From NCBI GenBank assembly GCA_025558095.1, contig JAIVFI010000013.1:310001-374000 (forward strand): DNA of 64,000 nucleotides. The letters are read 5' to 3'. The notes beneath the pieces were generated by a model that was given only the letters and a program-made list of their open reading frames with translations, searched no databases and was not told where the DNA came from. Positions 47,498 through 59,586 of the stretch are shown here, piece after piece (positions within the stretch are counted from its first letter, which is position 1; the number at the start of each line of letters is the position of its first letter). The translations under genes and the position numbers were made by a program. The DNA is from Hyaloraphidium curvatum SAG 235-1. Taxonomy: Eukaryota > Fungi > Monoblepharomycota.

Positions 47498-47863
47498 GTC
47501 CTAAAGAGTTGTTCTCGCAGAGGTCCGTGGCCTAGGATTTCCGCCTAGTGAGGCGGCCCCGACCTCCACACTCGTCGTGTCGAGCGATCCGCGGCTACCA
47601 CCCCTCCAGCTCCGGAGCCAGCGAGAGAACAAGGTCACTTCCTCGACGTTCGTATCCGGTATGTCTAGCACGACTGCGCGGCATTCGCGCAGGGGCAAGC
47701 ACCTGACGACGATAGCCCGACGGAGCTCGTCCCATCTTCAGCCTGCTTCACCGCCCTTGTAGGTACTCGCTGCAGGACCGAATAAAAGGAAAGGCAACTT
47801 GTTGCAAACCACAGAAACTACAATTGACCAGCGCTAGTTGGGTTCCGACCGCCAAAACATGTC

Positions 47864-49084
47864 TCATCGCTGCCACCTCACAATCGCCACCGAGTTGGCC
47901 TGGCGCATTGGATTCCTCGGTTGACCTTCCGCTGTTGTCCCAAAGCAAAGGAGGTCCCTATCGCCAAGGAGCTTGATCACTTGGTCTTCTCGACCCAGCT
48001 GTGCACCCTTGGTTCCCCATGCACAGACGACATGGTCAGCCCAAGATGCTGCAGCTCGCAGAACCTCGTCGTTCGCTGGACCGACGAGGTCAGCGCTACC
48101 CTTTCCCTTCGAAGCAATCAGAGCAAACAGATTGGTGAAAGCGATTGCGCCGTAGCCCTCGTTTCTGGCCCACTTAGCGAATCTCTTGACCGTTTGGTCC
48201 GCAGTTTTCTCGTCCGCCACCGAAGGGGACTGCATGATCATCAGCACCCGAGGGCGCGAGGGGTCCCAAGCGTGCCGGAGAAGGTAACGGTACCGCTCGC
48301 AGGGAGAGAACAGTGCGAGCTTGGAAACCAAGTCCTCCTCGTGGGTGCGCGTGATAGTCTTCTCGATGACCGGATCCTCTTGCACAAGCGCACGAGCCGG
48401 AGAAGGTGTCGCCGAGCTGCCGGCACGATCGGCGCCTTCGTGAACTTCCTGGCGCGCTGACATGCTCTGTGGAGATGTCTCCTCGCTATCGACTCTGGCA
48501 GGTTCCGGCAACTCCCCGCGCCGCGGCCGCAGACCCGAGCCCCTGCGTCTCACTCGCGGCTTCGAGGGCTCATCATCTTCGGAATCATGCAATGTAGCAC
48601 AGGATTGCAGGTCCGGGGATTCAAGGCCCCCGCTCTGTCGGGGGGACACGGGTCCCGCCGACGGCTCGCAGGTTTCCTCGGCGATGTCCTTCGTGCTGAG
48701 GCAGACGCGCTTCGCGTCCAGCTCAATTTTGCACGCTTCTCCGTCTGTTGCCTCCCAGGTTCGCTTGATCCCGTCCGCAAGGGGAAAGGCGGGGTTGCGG
48801 TTCGAACACGACTCGGGAGCTGGTCCTTGCTCGAGTAGTCCGCCATCTCCCGGGCCATTTTCCCGCCTTGCGACAATTGATGCCTCCAAAACGCGCAACT
48901 TGTCCTCAAGCTCTCCGTTCTTCTGCCTCAATTGGGCATTTTCGCGGCGCGCATTTTCCAGGTCCTTTCGGCTCTGCTCCAAGTCCGCCCTCAAACGCTC
49001 TGCTGCAAAGAGCGCGTCCTTAGCGATGTCACGAGTAAGCTGGAGCTCAGCAAGGACAGAGGCCACGTCTGCCTGGTCAGTCAT
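47864..49084 (-). CDS. DUF1643-domain protein with N-terminal coiled coil (intronless)
   Basis: ALFSPCERYRYLLRHAWD..VLMIMQSPSVAD..DQT..GYG..TNLFA..VGPAND..VVCAWG..CFGTTAEGQPRNP. Confidence 0.85.
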   Translation of the reverse strand: MTDQADVASVLAELQLTRDIAKDALFAAERLRADLEQSRKDLENARRENAQLRQKNGELEDKLRVLEASIVARRENGPGDGGLLEQGPAPESCSNRNPAFPLADGIKRTWEATDGEACKIELDAKRVCLSTKDIAEETCEPSAGPVSPRQSGGLESPDLQSCATLHDSEDDEPSKPRVRRRGSGLRPRRGELPEPARVDSEETSPQSMSARQEVHEGADRAGSSATPSPARALVQEDPVIEKTITRTHEEDLVSKLALFSPCERYRYLLRHAWDPSRPRVLMIMQSPSVADEKTADQTVKRFAKWARNEGYGAIAFTNLFALIASKGKGSADLVGPANDEVLRAAASWADHVVCAWGTKGAQLGREDQVIKLLGDRDLLCFGTTAEGQPRNPMRQANSVAIVRWQR

Positions 49085-49251
49085 GGTTCGGTTACGGTTA
49101 GATTCGACGGGAGCCTTCACATCACACGGAGCGAGCAGCCCTGACACAACGACATAATCGCTGACGATTTGAATTTGTTTGTTTCATTGCGCTTTCGATG
49201 CTTCTTAGGCAGATGGATTCCGCACTCGGAGCATCCAGCCGGGAAGACATT

Positions 49252-49358
49252 TGAGATTCATCTCGCCTTTCGGGAGTGGGACTGCTCCGAAAACTCCCAA
49301 CGACCAGGGCCGCCGGAGATTCATTGATCCACCGTCGTAACCACTTGACTAAGATAGC
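49252..49358 (-). pseudogene. Degenerate copy of tRNA-Leu(CAA)
   Basis: The 5' half is identical, but there are deletions in the anticodon loop (GATCAAT), variable arm and T-loop, and the 3' acceptor strand is missing. Confidence 0.8.
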
Positions 49359-50121
49359 ATAGATCGATTTAAGCGGGAGATTGGTCCTCACGGTGGCTAC
49401 TGAGTGCGAGCACAGGACGGGTGCTCCGAAGCGGCCTCAGGGGCGCTGAAGAGGTTCACACACAGCACGCCACCCCCTTTACCCAGCGGATATGGCTTTC
49501 GAATGTGAGGATGATGCTTATGCTTGTGGATGTTTTCTGTGTTGGCAATCTTGCACCGGCAGGACGGGCGGGACGACGGGGCTGTGCGGACCACCCAGGC
49601 TCTGCATGGGGTCCGGCCCCAACTCCACCAGTGTCGCATCATTGAGGCAAACACTCGAACCTTTCCCCCTTTTGCTCGATCTGGCTCTGGGTCTCCAGCG
49701 GCACCGTGGCCACGTGATCGGTGCAACCGATTGGGCGGACCCAAGCTCCCAAGCTCATCAGGGGAAGGCTGCTCGGCGATCCAACAGAGTGCCAACTAAT
49801 CGCGATCGCTTCAATACTGTTTGTGTGGCGTGTCATCGAAGCGTGGACGTTGAGCGCTTCTGTGTGTACCAGTCAACGCACATAGTGACATCACCGTGCT
49901 GGAATCCGGAGATTATGGCTCCTGGCGTCTGATCGGCCTCATTAATCCCACGAACAACGCTGTTTGTCACCCATGGATCTCACGCCAATGGTCGGTTGTG
50001 GTTGCACTGCCGACTGCTTCAATCTCGTGGACTGCACTTCTCGCATTTCTCCACGTAGCGGAACACGAAATGGATTGTTGAATTCAGCTCATCCGTCAAC
50101 CAGTCCACCAGAAAGCACCGA

Positions 50122-50423
50122 CTACCGCCGCTCCGTCTTGCCCATGCCCCTCTTGCCCGCAAACAGATGCTTAGGGAGCTTGACGGCAATGTGCCTGTCC
50201 GACTCGCCCTTGCGCCCGTGCAGGCTCCGCTTGGTCTGCGACTTGGCCTTCATCTTCTCGGCCTTGCGCACCATGCCCTCGTCGCGCAGCCCGGCCGCGC
50301 TGGGCTCCCTCGCCGCGGCGCTACGGCTCCTCGCCCGGCTCGCCGACCGCGCCGTCTCCACGCCCTCCATGGCCACGGCGCCCTCGGACCTGTCCCTCGC
50401 ACCGCGAACCACGCTCCTGGAGC
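50122..50423 (-). pseudogene. Duplicated 3' fragment of NOG1 (last ~100 codons)
   Basis: Identical translation ...[17 protein letters not shown], with no upstream NOG1 exons. Confidence 0.9.
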
Positions 50424-50688
50424 ATTCAGTTCTGTCTGTGTCGCCAGGGACGTCGCGGAGTGGCCCGAGGTGGTCACAACCCTGGTAACCAAGAAACTAA
50501 GTCAAGATCGCAACTCCTCGTCCGATCGGCCGCAGATTCCCGAAGAACGCCACTTTGTCGCCCGGGGATCGCGGCAAAGCGTAGGATCGGACTCCCCCTC
50601 GGGGGGAAGCGCCACCGATCGGAGGAGCGTCCCGAGCCGTCACTGGCTGCCCGGCCAAACACCGCAACCCCGCCCGCGCTGCACGGCG

Positions 50689-51801
50689 ATGGAGGCAGCC
50701 GCGGAGCCGCGGACCAGCGTGACGCACCCGCTGTCGATCTCGTGGGTGCTGCCGGAGGCGCTGGTCGAGCGCGCGGCGGGCCCGCTGGCGACGGCCGAGC
50801 GGGACATCCTGGACGCGCTGATCGAGGCGGGGCCGCGCGCGTGCTCGCCCGCGGCGGCCCTCGCGCACGCCACGCCGCTGCCGCTGCTCGACGCCGGCGG
50901 GAACGTCGTGCGCGGCCCCGCCCGCCCGCTGCTGCCCGGCCGCCGCCGCGGCAACCTCGCGCTGTCGTCGATGCCCGGCAAGCGCGTGCGGGTCGAATCG
51001 GGCCCCGTCAACGGCCGCGCCTCCGTCAAGCGCGACCTGGCATTGGACTTTTGCCGGCTGGCCGCGCTGGGCTTCCGCGCCGTTGTGTGCTGCATCGGCG
51101 CCGAGGAGATGGATTTCCTGGGCGCACCCCTGGCCCGCTACGAAGAGGTCGCCAGGTCAAACGCGATCGAAGTCGTGCGGATACCCCTTGTCGAAGGGAG
51201 CCATCCCGATCGCCCGTCGGACCTGGATCCCGTGCTGGAGCGGATAAGGGAGGTCACGGACGCCGGGGGCAACGTGCTCGTCCACTGCCGTGGGGGACTT
51301 GGCCGAGCCGGCGTCGTCGCCTGCTGCTACCTCTTGCGGACGGGGCTGATACGCTCCAAGCTGCCACCGGACGATCGGGACGACGTCCCGGGACCTTGGA
51401 GCCGCTCGCTGCGCTACGACCAGGCCAGGGCGATGGAGACGCTTGGGGAATCCATGCGGACAGCGCCCGCTTACGCGGCGAAGCAGGGTGCTTCTTCGCC
51501 GCGGCGGATTGCCGGTCGTTGGACGGAGGGGCCGTACGCCGTGCCCGCAGCCGAGCGCAACGCCCGCGAACTGCTCGCCGACGGCGATCTGTGCGGTCGG
51601 ACGCGTGTGGCGGACGGAATCGAGTGGGCGGATGCCGTCGCCTGCGACGGCTCGGGATCGTGCCGCTTCGAGGCCAGCGAGTGCGACGCCTCGGCACGGG
51701 CGATCCAATACGTCCGCCTTCGCCGCAGCCACAAGGCGATAGAGACGCGGCAGCAGGAGGCATTCATCCACGAGTACGCGAGATACCTGAGGCACTGCTA
51801 G
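50689..51801 (+). CDS. CDKN3/KAP-like protein-tyrosine/dual-specificity phosphatase
   Basis: RTSVTHPLSISW, GNLALSSMPGK, RDLALDF, P-loop VHCRGGLGRAG, RRSHKAIETRQQ. Confidence 0.88.
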   Translation: MEAAAEPRTSVTHPLSISWVLPEALVERAAGPLATAERDILDALIEAGPRACSPAAALAHATPLPLLDAGGNVVRGPARPLLPGRRRGNLALSSMPGKRVRVESGPVNGRASVKRDLALDFCRLAALGFRAVVCCIGAEEMDFLGAPLARYEEVARSNAIEVVRIPLVEGSHPDRPSDLDPVLERIREVTDAGGNVLVHCRGGLGRAGVVACCYLLRTGLIRSKLPPDDRDDVPGPWSRSLRYDQARAMETLGESMRTAPAYAAKQGASSPRRIAGRWTEGPYAVPAAERNARELLADGDLCGRTRVADGIEWADAVACDGSGSCRFEASECDASARAIQYVRLRRSHKAIETRQQEAFIHEYARYLRHC

Positions 51802-51955
51802 ATTGTTTTGCTTTGTGATTATGCTTCTTTAATATTACTTGATTCCAGAAACGGGGCGGGACGAAGTGACGTGACATGTTGCACCCAGTCCGCAGGCTGC
51901 CGGCAACGTCAAACTCGGAACCCTTTCCCGGGGCTCCCGCCCCTCGTCGGGCGCA

Positions 51956-54824
51956 ATGGAGTTCATAAGGATAACCAAGGTAAACACATGCACGTGCCTC
52001 GGCACCGAGCTGCGGTTTCCGGGGCCTGCGAAGCCCGGAGACGCGTACCTCCGACGCCCGTCAAGTGACCAGGGCACCACGCACCTCTGCCGGGATCCCG
52101 CCTCTCCTCGACCCGCGTCTGACCCACGTACCTCCTCCACACGTACAATCGCGTCGCTGCAGGTCCAGGGCGTGTTCTTTGAGAAGGGCCGGAGCCCGTC
52201 CCGCTCCTGCGGGGCCCTGCACCTCACCTCCCACCACCTGCTGTTCGTGCCGGGAGAGAACGAGCCGGGACAGGAAGTCTGGGTTCGCATGCCTCCGCGG
52301 AACGCTCAATGACCGCGGACGCTCATTCGCGGACCCCGGTAGATCTGCTACTCGACCATCCACTCGGTGGACAAAAAGTCGACGACGCAGGACGGTTTCT
52401 GCCCCCTGTACATTGCTTGCCGCAACTTTACGTTCGTGAGGCTTTTCATTCGGCGGGAGCAGGAGTGCAATGAGGTCTACGCGACGCTGCAGCGCCTCAT
52501 GAACATCAGTGGGGACTCCTTTCTGGCGATCCACGCGCATTCGCGCTGATTGAGCGCGTTGTTAGCCTCCATCGAATCCCTCTTCTCCTTCTACTACTCT
52601 CCTGTCGTGCCCTTCACCTCCACGGGCGGTTGGAAGGTCTACGATCCCGCCAAGGAGTTTGCCCGCCAGGGGCTCGGCACCGCGACCCGGGAGTGGCGGC
52701 TGACCGACATCAACGACGACTACTCCTTTAGCCCGACGTACCCGCGGGTGCTGGCTGTGCCGGCCAAGATCAGCGACGCCGTGCTCAGCTACGCGGTCAA
52801 GTTCAGGAGCAAAGGGAGGCTGCCGGCGCTGAGCTACCTCCACCGCAAGAACATGGTGGGTAGTGTTCGAACCAGGCTCATTTGTGCTGTCGGCTCGCAG
52901 CTCCTGACTTGTGGGGCTGCGCCAGATCTCGATCACGCGCGCCTCCCAACCGCTCAGCGGGCTCTCATCCAAGCGGTCGGTCCAGGACGAGAAGCTGGTC
53001 GAGTGCATCTTCACCTCCGGAATCTCCCCCTCTACAAACAATCTGATCGTCGACGCCCGGCCGACGGTCAACGCCATGGCCAACTCGGTGACCGGCGCGG
53101 GGATCGAGTCCATGGAGAACTACAAGAACTGCCGGCTCAGCTTTTCGGGGATCGACAACATCCACGTGGTGCGGGATAGCTTCAACCGTGTCCTTGACGG
53201 TGGGTGGTGCCGCTCCAGGTGAAACTGGCGTGCTGAAGAGATTCCAGCAATCGAGGACTGCCGCGGACCCCTTCCGATCGACAAGCTGGAGCGATCGGGC
53301 TGGCTGCGGCACATCCGCAACATCCTAGACGCCACGCTCACCATCGTGCAGAGCGTCCACCTGTTCAACTCGCACGTCCTCGTGCACTGCTCGGATGGGT
53401 GGGATCGGACTTCGCAGCTGGCATCCCTGGCCATGCTGTGTCTGGATCCCTATTACCGGACTATGGAAGGCTTCGCCGTCTTGGTGGAGAAGGAGTGGGT
53501 GAGCTTCGGGCACAAGTTTGCCATCCGGTGCGGGCATCTTTCCCGGGACGAAAAGGCCAAGGGCACCGACGACATTGATTCCGCGCTGCCGGATTTTGGG
53601 CCCTCGACGGCCACGGCACTGCGGAGCCAGCTGACGAGCGCCGCCAAATCCGCGGCGAACTTTTTCCGGCAGCAGGCCGGGAACGCCACGGGCACGCCTC
53701 CCCGTGCACCATCGCCGTCTGTCCACCGGGACACGGCCGAAACCGTCCACTCCTCCAGCCCAAATTCCGCCGCACCCAAGGACGTGGCTCCGGTTTTCAC
53801 GCAGTTCCTGGACTGCGTTTACCAGATCTGGCGCCAGTTTCCGACGCACTTTGAGTTCTCGGACCGCTTCCTCGTGCAGCTCAACACCCACCTTTACTCG
53901 TGCCAGTTTGGGAATTTTCTGTTCAACAACGAGCGTGAGCGCTCGTCGTTCCGCGACGCCCATGGGAAGCCGATCGAGGAGTGTACCTACTCGGTCTGGG
54001 ACTGGTTCGCCTCGCAAAAGAAGGACGATTTTGTCAATCCTGCCTACATCATACCGGGGGACAGGGCGGCAACGCAGGGCGCGCAGCTCGGTTCGGGGCA
54101 GTGGAACGTCGCGGAGGACGACCCAGAAATCCTCTTTCCGCTGACGCGGGATTCCAACCAGCGCGATCTGCTCGAGTTTTGGAGGACGCTTTTCTTGCAC
54201 AGCGACACGGTTTTCGACGGCATGGAGCAGGTCGAGATCGACCGAGGCACGGCTGCCCTGGATACGTCCGCGTCTGAGGTCGACGTCAGCGCGGTCCGCG
54301 ACCTTGGTGGTGGCTCCCCGGGGCCACGAAAGCCCAGCATTGGACCAGCGTCAGGGGCGGGGCAAGCGGCTGAATCCCCCGTGCAGCCCGGCTCGCAACG
54401 CCCCGTGGCAATGGATTTGTCCGCCGCTCGTGCGGGTGTCGTGGGCACCGTCGGACCGACATTCGAGAGCAGCGTTGTGGCTCCTATCGCCGGTGCTTTG
54501 GACGTGACAAATCCTTGGGCGTCACCGGATCCGCTTCCACCGCCCGAAGCACCGCGGCCCCTAGCCGTCGGGAACGGCCACTCCCGCATTCTGTCGGGTA
54601 ACGCTCCGTCGGCCGCATTGGGACCTTCGAAGGATGCTCAGTCGTTTTCAACGATCGAGGGACCGCCAAAGACGGCTACAACACCGGACGTTGTACCGAA
54701 AGCCGAGATAGGGGCTTTGCCGGATAAGGTGCTTGGTGGAACGCCTCCGCAGCCCGCCCAATCAGCGCGCGAGAGTGTGCCAGTGCCAGAAGAACGTGAC
54801 GGAAACTGGCATCCATTGCTCTGA
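51956..54824 (+). CDS. YMR1: Myotubularin-family phosphoinositide 3-phosphatase
   Basis: FSPTYPRVLAVP, FRSKGRLPALSY, IVDARP, catalytic VHCSDGWDRT, DPYYRT, EKEWVSFGHKF. Confidence 0.93.
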
Positions 54825-54885
54825 ATAAACCATTCACGCGAACAAGCTCCCATGCCTCAGCTAGTTGCAAAGTGCCGTAGTCAGA

Positions 54886-55832
54886 TCAGAAACGCTCCTT
54901 CAGCCTCGCCCCAATGGTCCGCAAACGAGAGTATACCTAGTCAGGGCCGGGGTCAGACGTCAATCTCAAGGAGGTACCGAACAGACCGACCTTTCCGGGC
55001 GGAGATCCCATAATAAGGTCAACGACGGCGTCCCTCGCAAGCTTGATGTTGGCGAAGCTGCCCAAGATGTGTATCCGCGTGTCCGCGACCACTATCCTCG
55101 TCCGCGTCGCGTTTTCGATGGCAAAACGGGTCTTGCCATCCTTGCCGGCAATGCGGCCAATGGCCCGCGACAAGTTGTCACCCCGCAACGTCTTGACGTC
55201 CTTGATTTCGAAGGTGTCGATGTACAGGTCGTCCAAACGCAGGAGTGCCACGGCGTCCTGAACGTGGGCATTGCCATGAGCGACGTCCTACCACCGGCTC
55301 AACGCCATGCTCACATCAACATCAAAACCCAAAGCGAATGCCTTGACAAAGTCCGCCCCCTTCTGAACGGCGCCGGTTTCTTCCGTGTGCTGGCTGTTTC
55401 GGATCTCGACGGCTTTTGCCTTCAGGTTCATGCGGACCTGGAGCTTCATGTGCTCCACAAGCGGCACGTAAATCTTCATCCAGCTGTTCTTCAGCGGCGT
55501 CAGCCGGTGAGAGGGTATGGTGATTCGTCGGAAGTCTGCTTTGCCCGACTGACAGACGCGGGTCGGAGAAACGTCACGCCTTAGGTGTCGTTCTTGCCGG
55601 GCACGCCCGACAACAAGCTCACCCAATCGTCCGAGTTCTTCAGTTTCTTGAAGTTGGGCCGTTCCACGTCGTCGTCCTCGTCCATAGGGGCATCGTCGTC
55701 CTCGGCCCTCCGTTTTCCTTTCCGCGACGACCCGCTCTCCTCGGCAAGCTTCGCGGCGGCCTCATCGAGCTCCGCGGTCGTGATAATCTCCTCCTCGACC
55801 GGTAGCGGCGCCAGAACGCCCGCGGAGGCCAT
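54886..55832 (-). CDS. PNO1: Pre-rRNA processing KH-domain protein PNO1/DIM2
   Basis: [45 protein letters not shown]|[16 protein letters not shown]. Confidence 0.96.
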
Positions 55833-55958
55833 GGCAACGACGGGAAATGATTGTTGTTTTGTTTGGACAGAGACTCCCCTGCTCAGCACCAGTCATCAGT
55901 CTCACTTCATCGAAGTCCATACAGCAGCCATGATCGAGCGGAGATCAGAAAGCAATCC

Positions 55959-58900
55959 TCAACCGCGTCTAACATAGAAAAGAAGATAGGCGCCCTTGGA
56001 CTGCTCGCATCGCAACCGTGTTAGGCACTGTGCCTGCGGAAACGTAGAAAAGCCCACCTTGACCTCGCTCTCCTGAATCATCGACACCCTTGAGTCGTCG
56101 AAATGGTACCATTGCCCGTGCCTGTAGCCGCTGCGCACAAATGCCGTGTAGTGGCCGCCGTTCAGGCCGCCGTAGTGGTTCTTTGACCGGCAGATCAGCG
56201 CCAAGCCACCACAAAGATCCCCGCACGGCCTCACCGAGATCGCATACAGGTCGTACACGTAGTTTAAGCCAGTGTGCGGGTCCTTGTAGCGCAGGCGAGG
56301 TCCCAAATCCAGGTCCCGGAGCGGAAAGTCGACAAACGTATCGACCTTGTTGCGAAAAGGCCCCTGGTAATAGAAGCGCTTGAGGTGCACCATGAGGATG
56401 TGGGGCAATCGGCTCAGCCAGAGCTGTTTCGTGCTCTTGCGAGGGACCTTGCACTTGGTGCACATCCATGCGTCCGAGCCGCTGAGCGACTCCTTCTCCA
56501 GGAACTTGTCGAGGCAATCCGCCAAAGTGACCGTGCGCACCAAGCTGGTGGGAATCGGAAGAGACAGGTACATGAAGGTGTTGAAGGTGATCGAAGTCTG
56601 CAAAGCACATATGAGAAATGGACCAGGACCGGAGCCAAGCTCCACCCACCGTTCCGCAAGTCAGGCACTGCAGCATGGAGCCCAGTTGCCCCTGGAAGTC
56701 CTTGACGACGATGCTGTTGTTGATCTTCGTGTACCGGCTCCATGCTCGGCGCGACTGCTCGATCTCGGGTAGCTTCTCCTCGGCCTCCTCCTCCGCCTTC
56801 GTCAACGGCGGGGGCGCTTTGGCTGATTTGAGCCGCCCCTGGTTTAAATCCTCGTGGACAGCGTCCATTAGGAAGGCGAGGAACTCCTGCGAGTCGTGCT
56901 GCTCGTTCCCACGAAATTGGGGGGCAAACTGGCAGATGGCCTCCCGGAACTCGGCGGGAGACACAAACGGCAGCTGTGCCTGCCACATCGAGCGGATCAA
57001 GTCCGCGAAGCGTTCCGTGACGATTCCACGTGTGCCCATCGAGTTGTCCCTGTTCAGTACGTGCTTGTAGCTCCCGTCGCGGAAGAACCGCGCCAAGCTG
57101 ACAGTCCCGCTCAGACACTGGATGGTGGAGTTCATGAAGCACGTGTTTCCGAGGTTCCGGAGTCCGGTCAGGCCGATCTCGGTCTCCGAGCCGCCTCCCA
57201 TGCTCGAATAAGTCGACGCAGAGAGATAATCCGGTTTCGGCGGGATCGCGGGAATGCCACCGCTCCTCGGCGACATGCCAAAATAGCGCGTGGGGCCGCC
57301 AGTCAGCGACGGGGAGCTTGCCCGAGGAACAAACATCTGCGCTGGGTTCGAAGAGATGCTGGGGGGCTTTGTTGGTATCGGAGGAGGGAACGTGACGCTG
57401 CGCTCAATCTGGTTGCCGCCAAAAGTCCCGCGCTGGTACTGTCCTGCGGGATCCAACGGCATCGGCGGGGCGCTCGGCGCCTGGTTGGGAGGAAAACCCG
57501 CTTTCGCCATTAATGCCGGCGGCTTCGGAGTCAGCGGCGGAGGAAGAGCGGGCCGTTGTCCCGCGTTGGAAGCAGAGGAAGGTGGATTCGGAGGCGTGCC
57601 CGGGGACGTCCCGGGGGGTATATATGCCGGCAAGCTGGAGGTGGCAAAGTTCGTGTCCGTCGGCGACAATGTTCGTGACGCCTCCATGGCTTGGAGTGCG
57701 GGGTAGTTGAAGCCGTAACCATAAAAGGGGTCGTCGAACCGTGCAGCTCCTCCCGAGCCGGCGCGAGAAAGCGTGGGCTTCGGGGCTAGCAAGGGAGCCG
57801 AGTTGACACGATTGAACGCGTTTTCGTTCCCCGATGGAGCGGAGGGGAAGGAGGAAAAGCCTTGGCTCGGCGTCGAAAAGCTTTGGTAGGGCGGTGCTGA
57901 TGGTTGGAACCTGGACCTCGCGGAAGGGTTTCCGATCTGCGCGATGTGTGAGTGAGGCTCCTGTCGCGTCCAAGCTCGAACAGCCTCACATAGTCGTACG
58001 CGCTTCGCACGATGCCCTTGTCGGCGGCGGATTCCGAAAGGTCCGACTTGGGCTTCGCAGCGTCGCCATTCTCTTTGCCGCCCGCGGTCCTGTTGTTCAT
58101 GGATCCATCTGGGCCGCACTTGCCCTCCACGTCGAGGCCTCCCCAGCCGTCTCCCATTTCGATCCAGTTCATCTCGCCCCCCGGCAGCGATCGCACAAAT
58201 TTGATCCAAGCGTCGAAGCCGCCTTCAAGGAGCGCCGGAAGGCGTGCGGTCCGCGTTTGTGGGGAAGCTTCCTCCCACAATACCCTCACCAGGGTCCGAA
58301 ACAGGGGACTCCCTGGATCACTGGAAGACTGGTCCAGGTAGACGACGAGGCTGTAGTTGGCCCGCTTTTTGAAGGCAAACGGGCTAGGAGAAGACAGGAA
58401 AGACGTCGTCCGTAGCCGCTGCTCTAGCAACGGACCAGAGAGTGGACCGTTGCTGGTGTCCCAGTCAGCACAGGTAAGAGAACAGAACGATAGCCTCCCT
58501 CACCTTTGCGAGGAGAACCATTCAGGCTCCATGCAGCACACGGCGCCAGTTTCCCAGACCTCCTGCTCCGCCGTCCCGGTCCGCGCAGCCTCAAGCCACT
58601 TGGGTCTTCTCCACGCAATGTGGCCCTGCGCATAGGGTTCCATGCCCCGTAGATCCAGAAAAAGGATGGAAGCTCGCTCCCCAGAAATATAGCCATGAAC
58701 CTTTTCCGGCGTGATGACCGACGGCGTCGAAGGAACCAATGCCGGGGAGGCCATCGGCCGAGGCACTGCCGCTTGTGCCGCCAAGAACGCAGAAGGCCGG
58801 TTGAGCAGGTCGATGTCTTCCCTGGAGAAAACGCCACCGTGCGGCCTTTCGGGCTTCATGGGTGGCCCAGCATTTGCTGCACCTCCGAGGAAACCAGGGC

Positions 58901-59441
58901 CGTTGGCCCGTTGATCCCCTGGAGCCGGGTTTGACCCCAGCCGACGCTCCTCGTAAGCCTTCCTCTTGTCCTTTAGGTCTTTCTTCAGGCCCTCCAGCTT
59001 CTCGAGGACATCGCTGACAACGAGCCGCTTGAGCTTCAGGTAAGCGAGGTCGTTCTTGTGTTGGCCAAAGTCCCTGAGCTTCGGAATGACATCGAGAACG
59101 ATGCTGTGCCGCGTGAAGGAGATATTGCATCGCATCTGAGCTTGGGCACGGTCGCTGGTTCGGTAGATCACCCACTTTGAGCCCCGCAGGAACTCGACGA
59201 AGGCATCCTCCTTCTTGCCCGCGGCAAAAGATGCCGCCGCCTTGGCGAGCAAATCCGGCCAACACAGCGGAGCAGACATCGATTAGCTTTCGTCACAACC
59301 CGTAGCTGGGCTCCGGGTGCCGACCTGGTCCAGGAGCTTCGCAGCGGTCGATGTCCACCGCGGCGCGCTGTGCGGCTCCGACACATCGACGGTCGCGCGC
59401 TCCGCCAGCGCCTGGATCGTCGGCGGCGCGTCGCTCGACAT
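55959..59441 (-). CDS. DOA4: Ubiquitin carboxyl-terminal hydrolase USP8/Doa4-like (dimerisation, rhodanese and UCH domains)
   Basis: Rhodanese (LFLDLR..YAQGHI, LEGGFDAW), Cys box GLRNLGNTCFMNS, QHDSQEF, His box HYGGLNGGHYTA, AYLLFY. Confidence 0.9.
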
Positions 59442-59586
59442 CCCGCGAGTTACGGCAATGCTGCGTGCCTCGATGTCACGCCATAACGAGGTCCCGGAGA
59501 ATGAGGTTTCGTGTGGGTTCGTCACGCGACGCAACCATCAGCACCGTCTTCTCCGTCTCGACCGTCTAACTCTCTCAGGTCCTTTT

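Larger units (their letters stand above)
49252..50423 (-). repeat. Right arm of the inverted duplication (derived copy)
   Basis: Reverse complement of 45464-46640 with a few substitutions, plus small deletions at the inner end. Confidence 0.95.

Noticed and set aside
45464-50423. TIR/foldback transposon with 1.2-kb TIRs
   Set aside because: The left arm is contiguous host sequence (NOG1 CDS and tRNA), and there is no target-site duplication or transposase inside.
1302-55832. Functional cluster of ribosome-biogenesis genes (RPF2, NUFIP1, NOG1, PNO1)
   Set aside because: They are dispersed among unrelated genes, which is compatible with chance in a compact genome.
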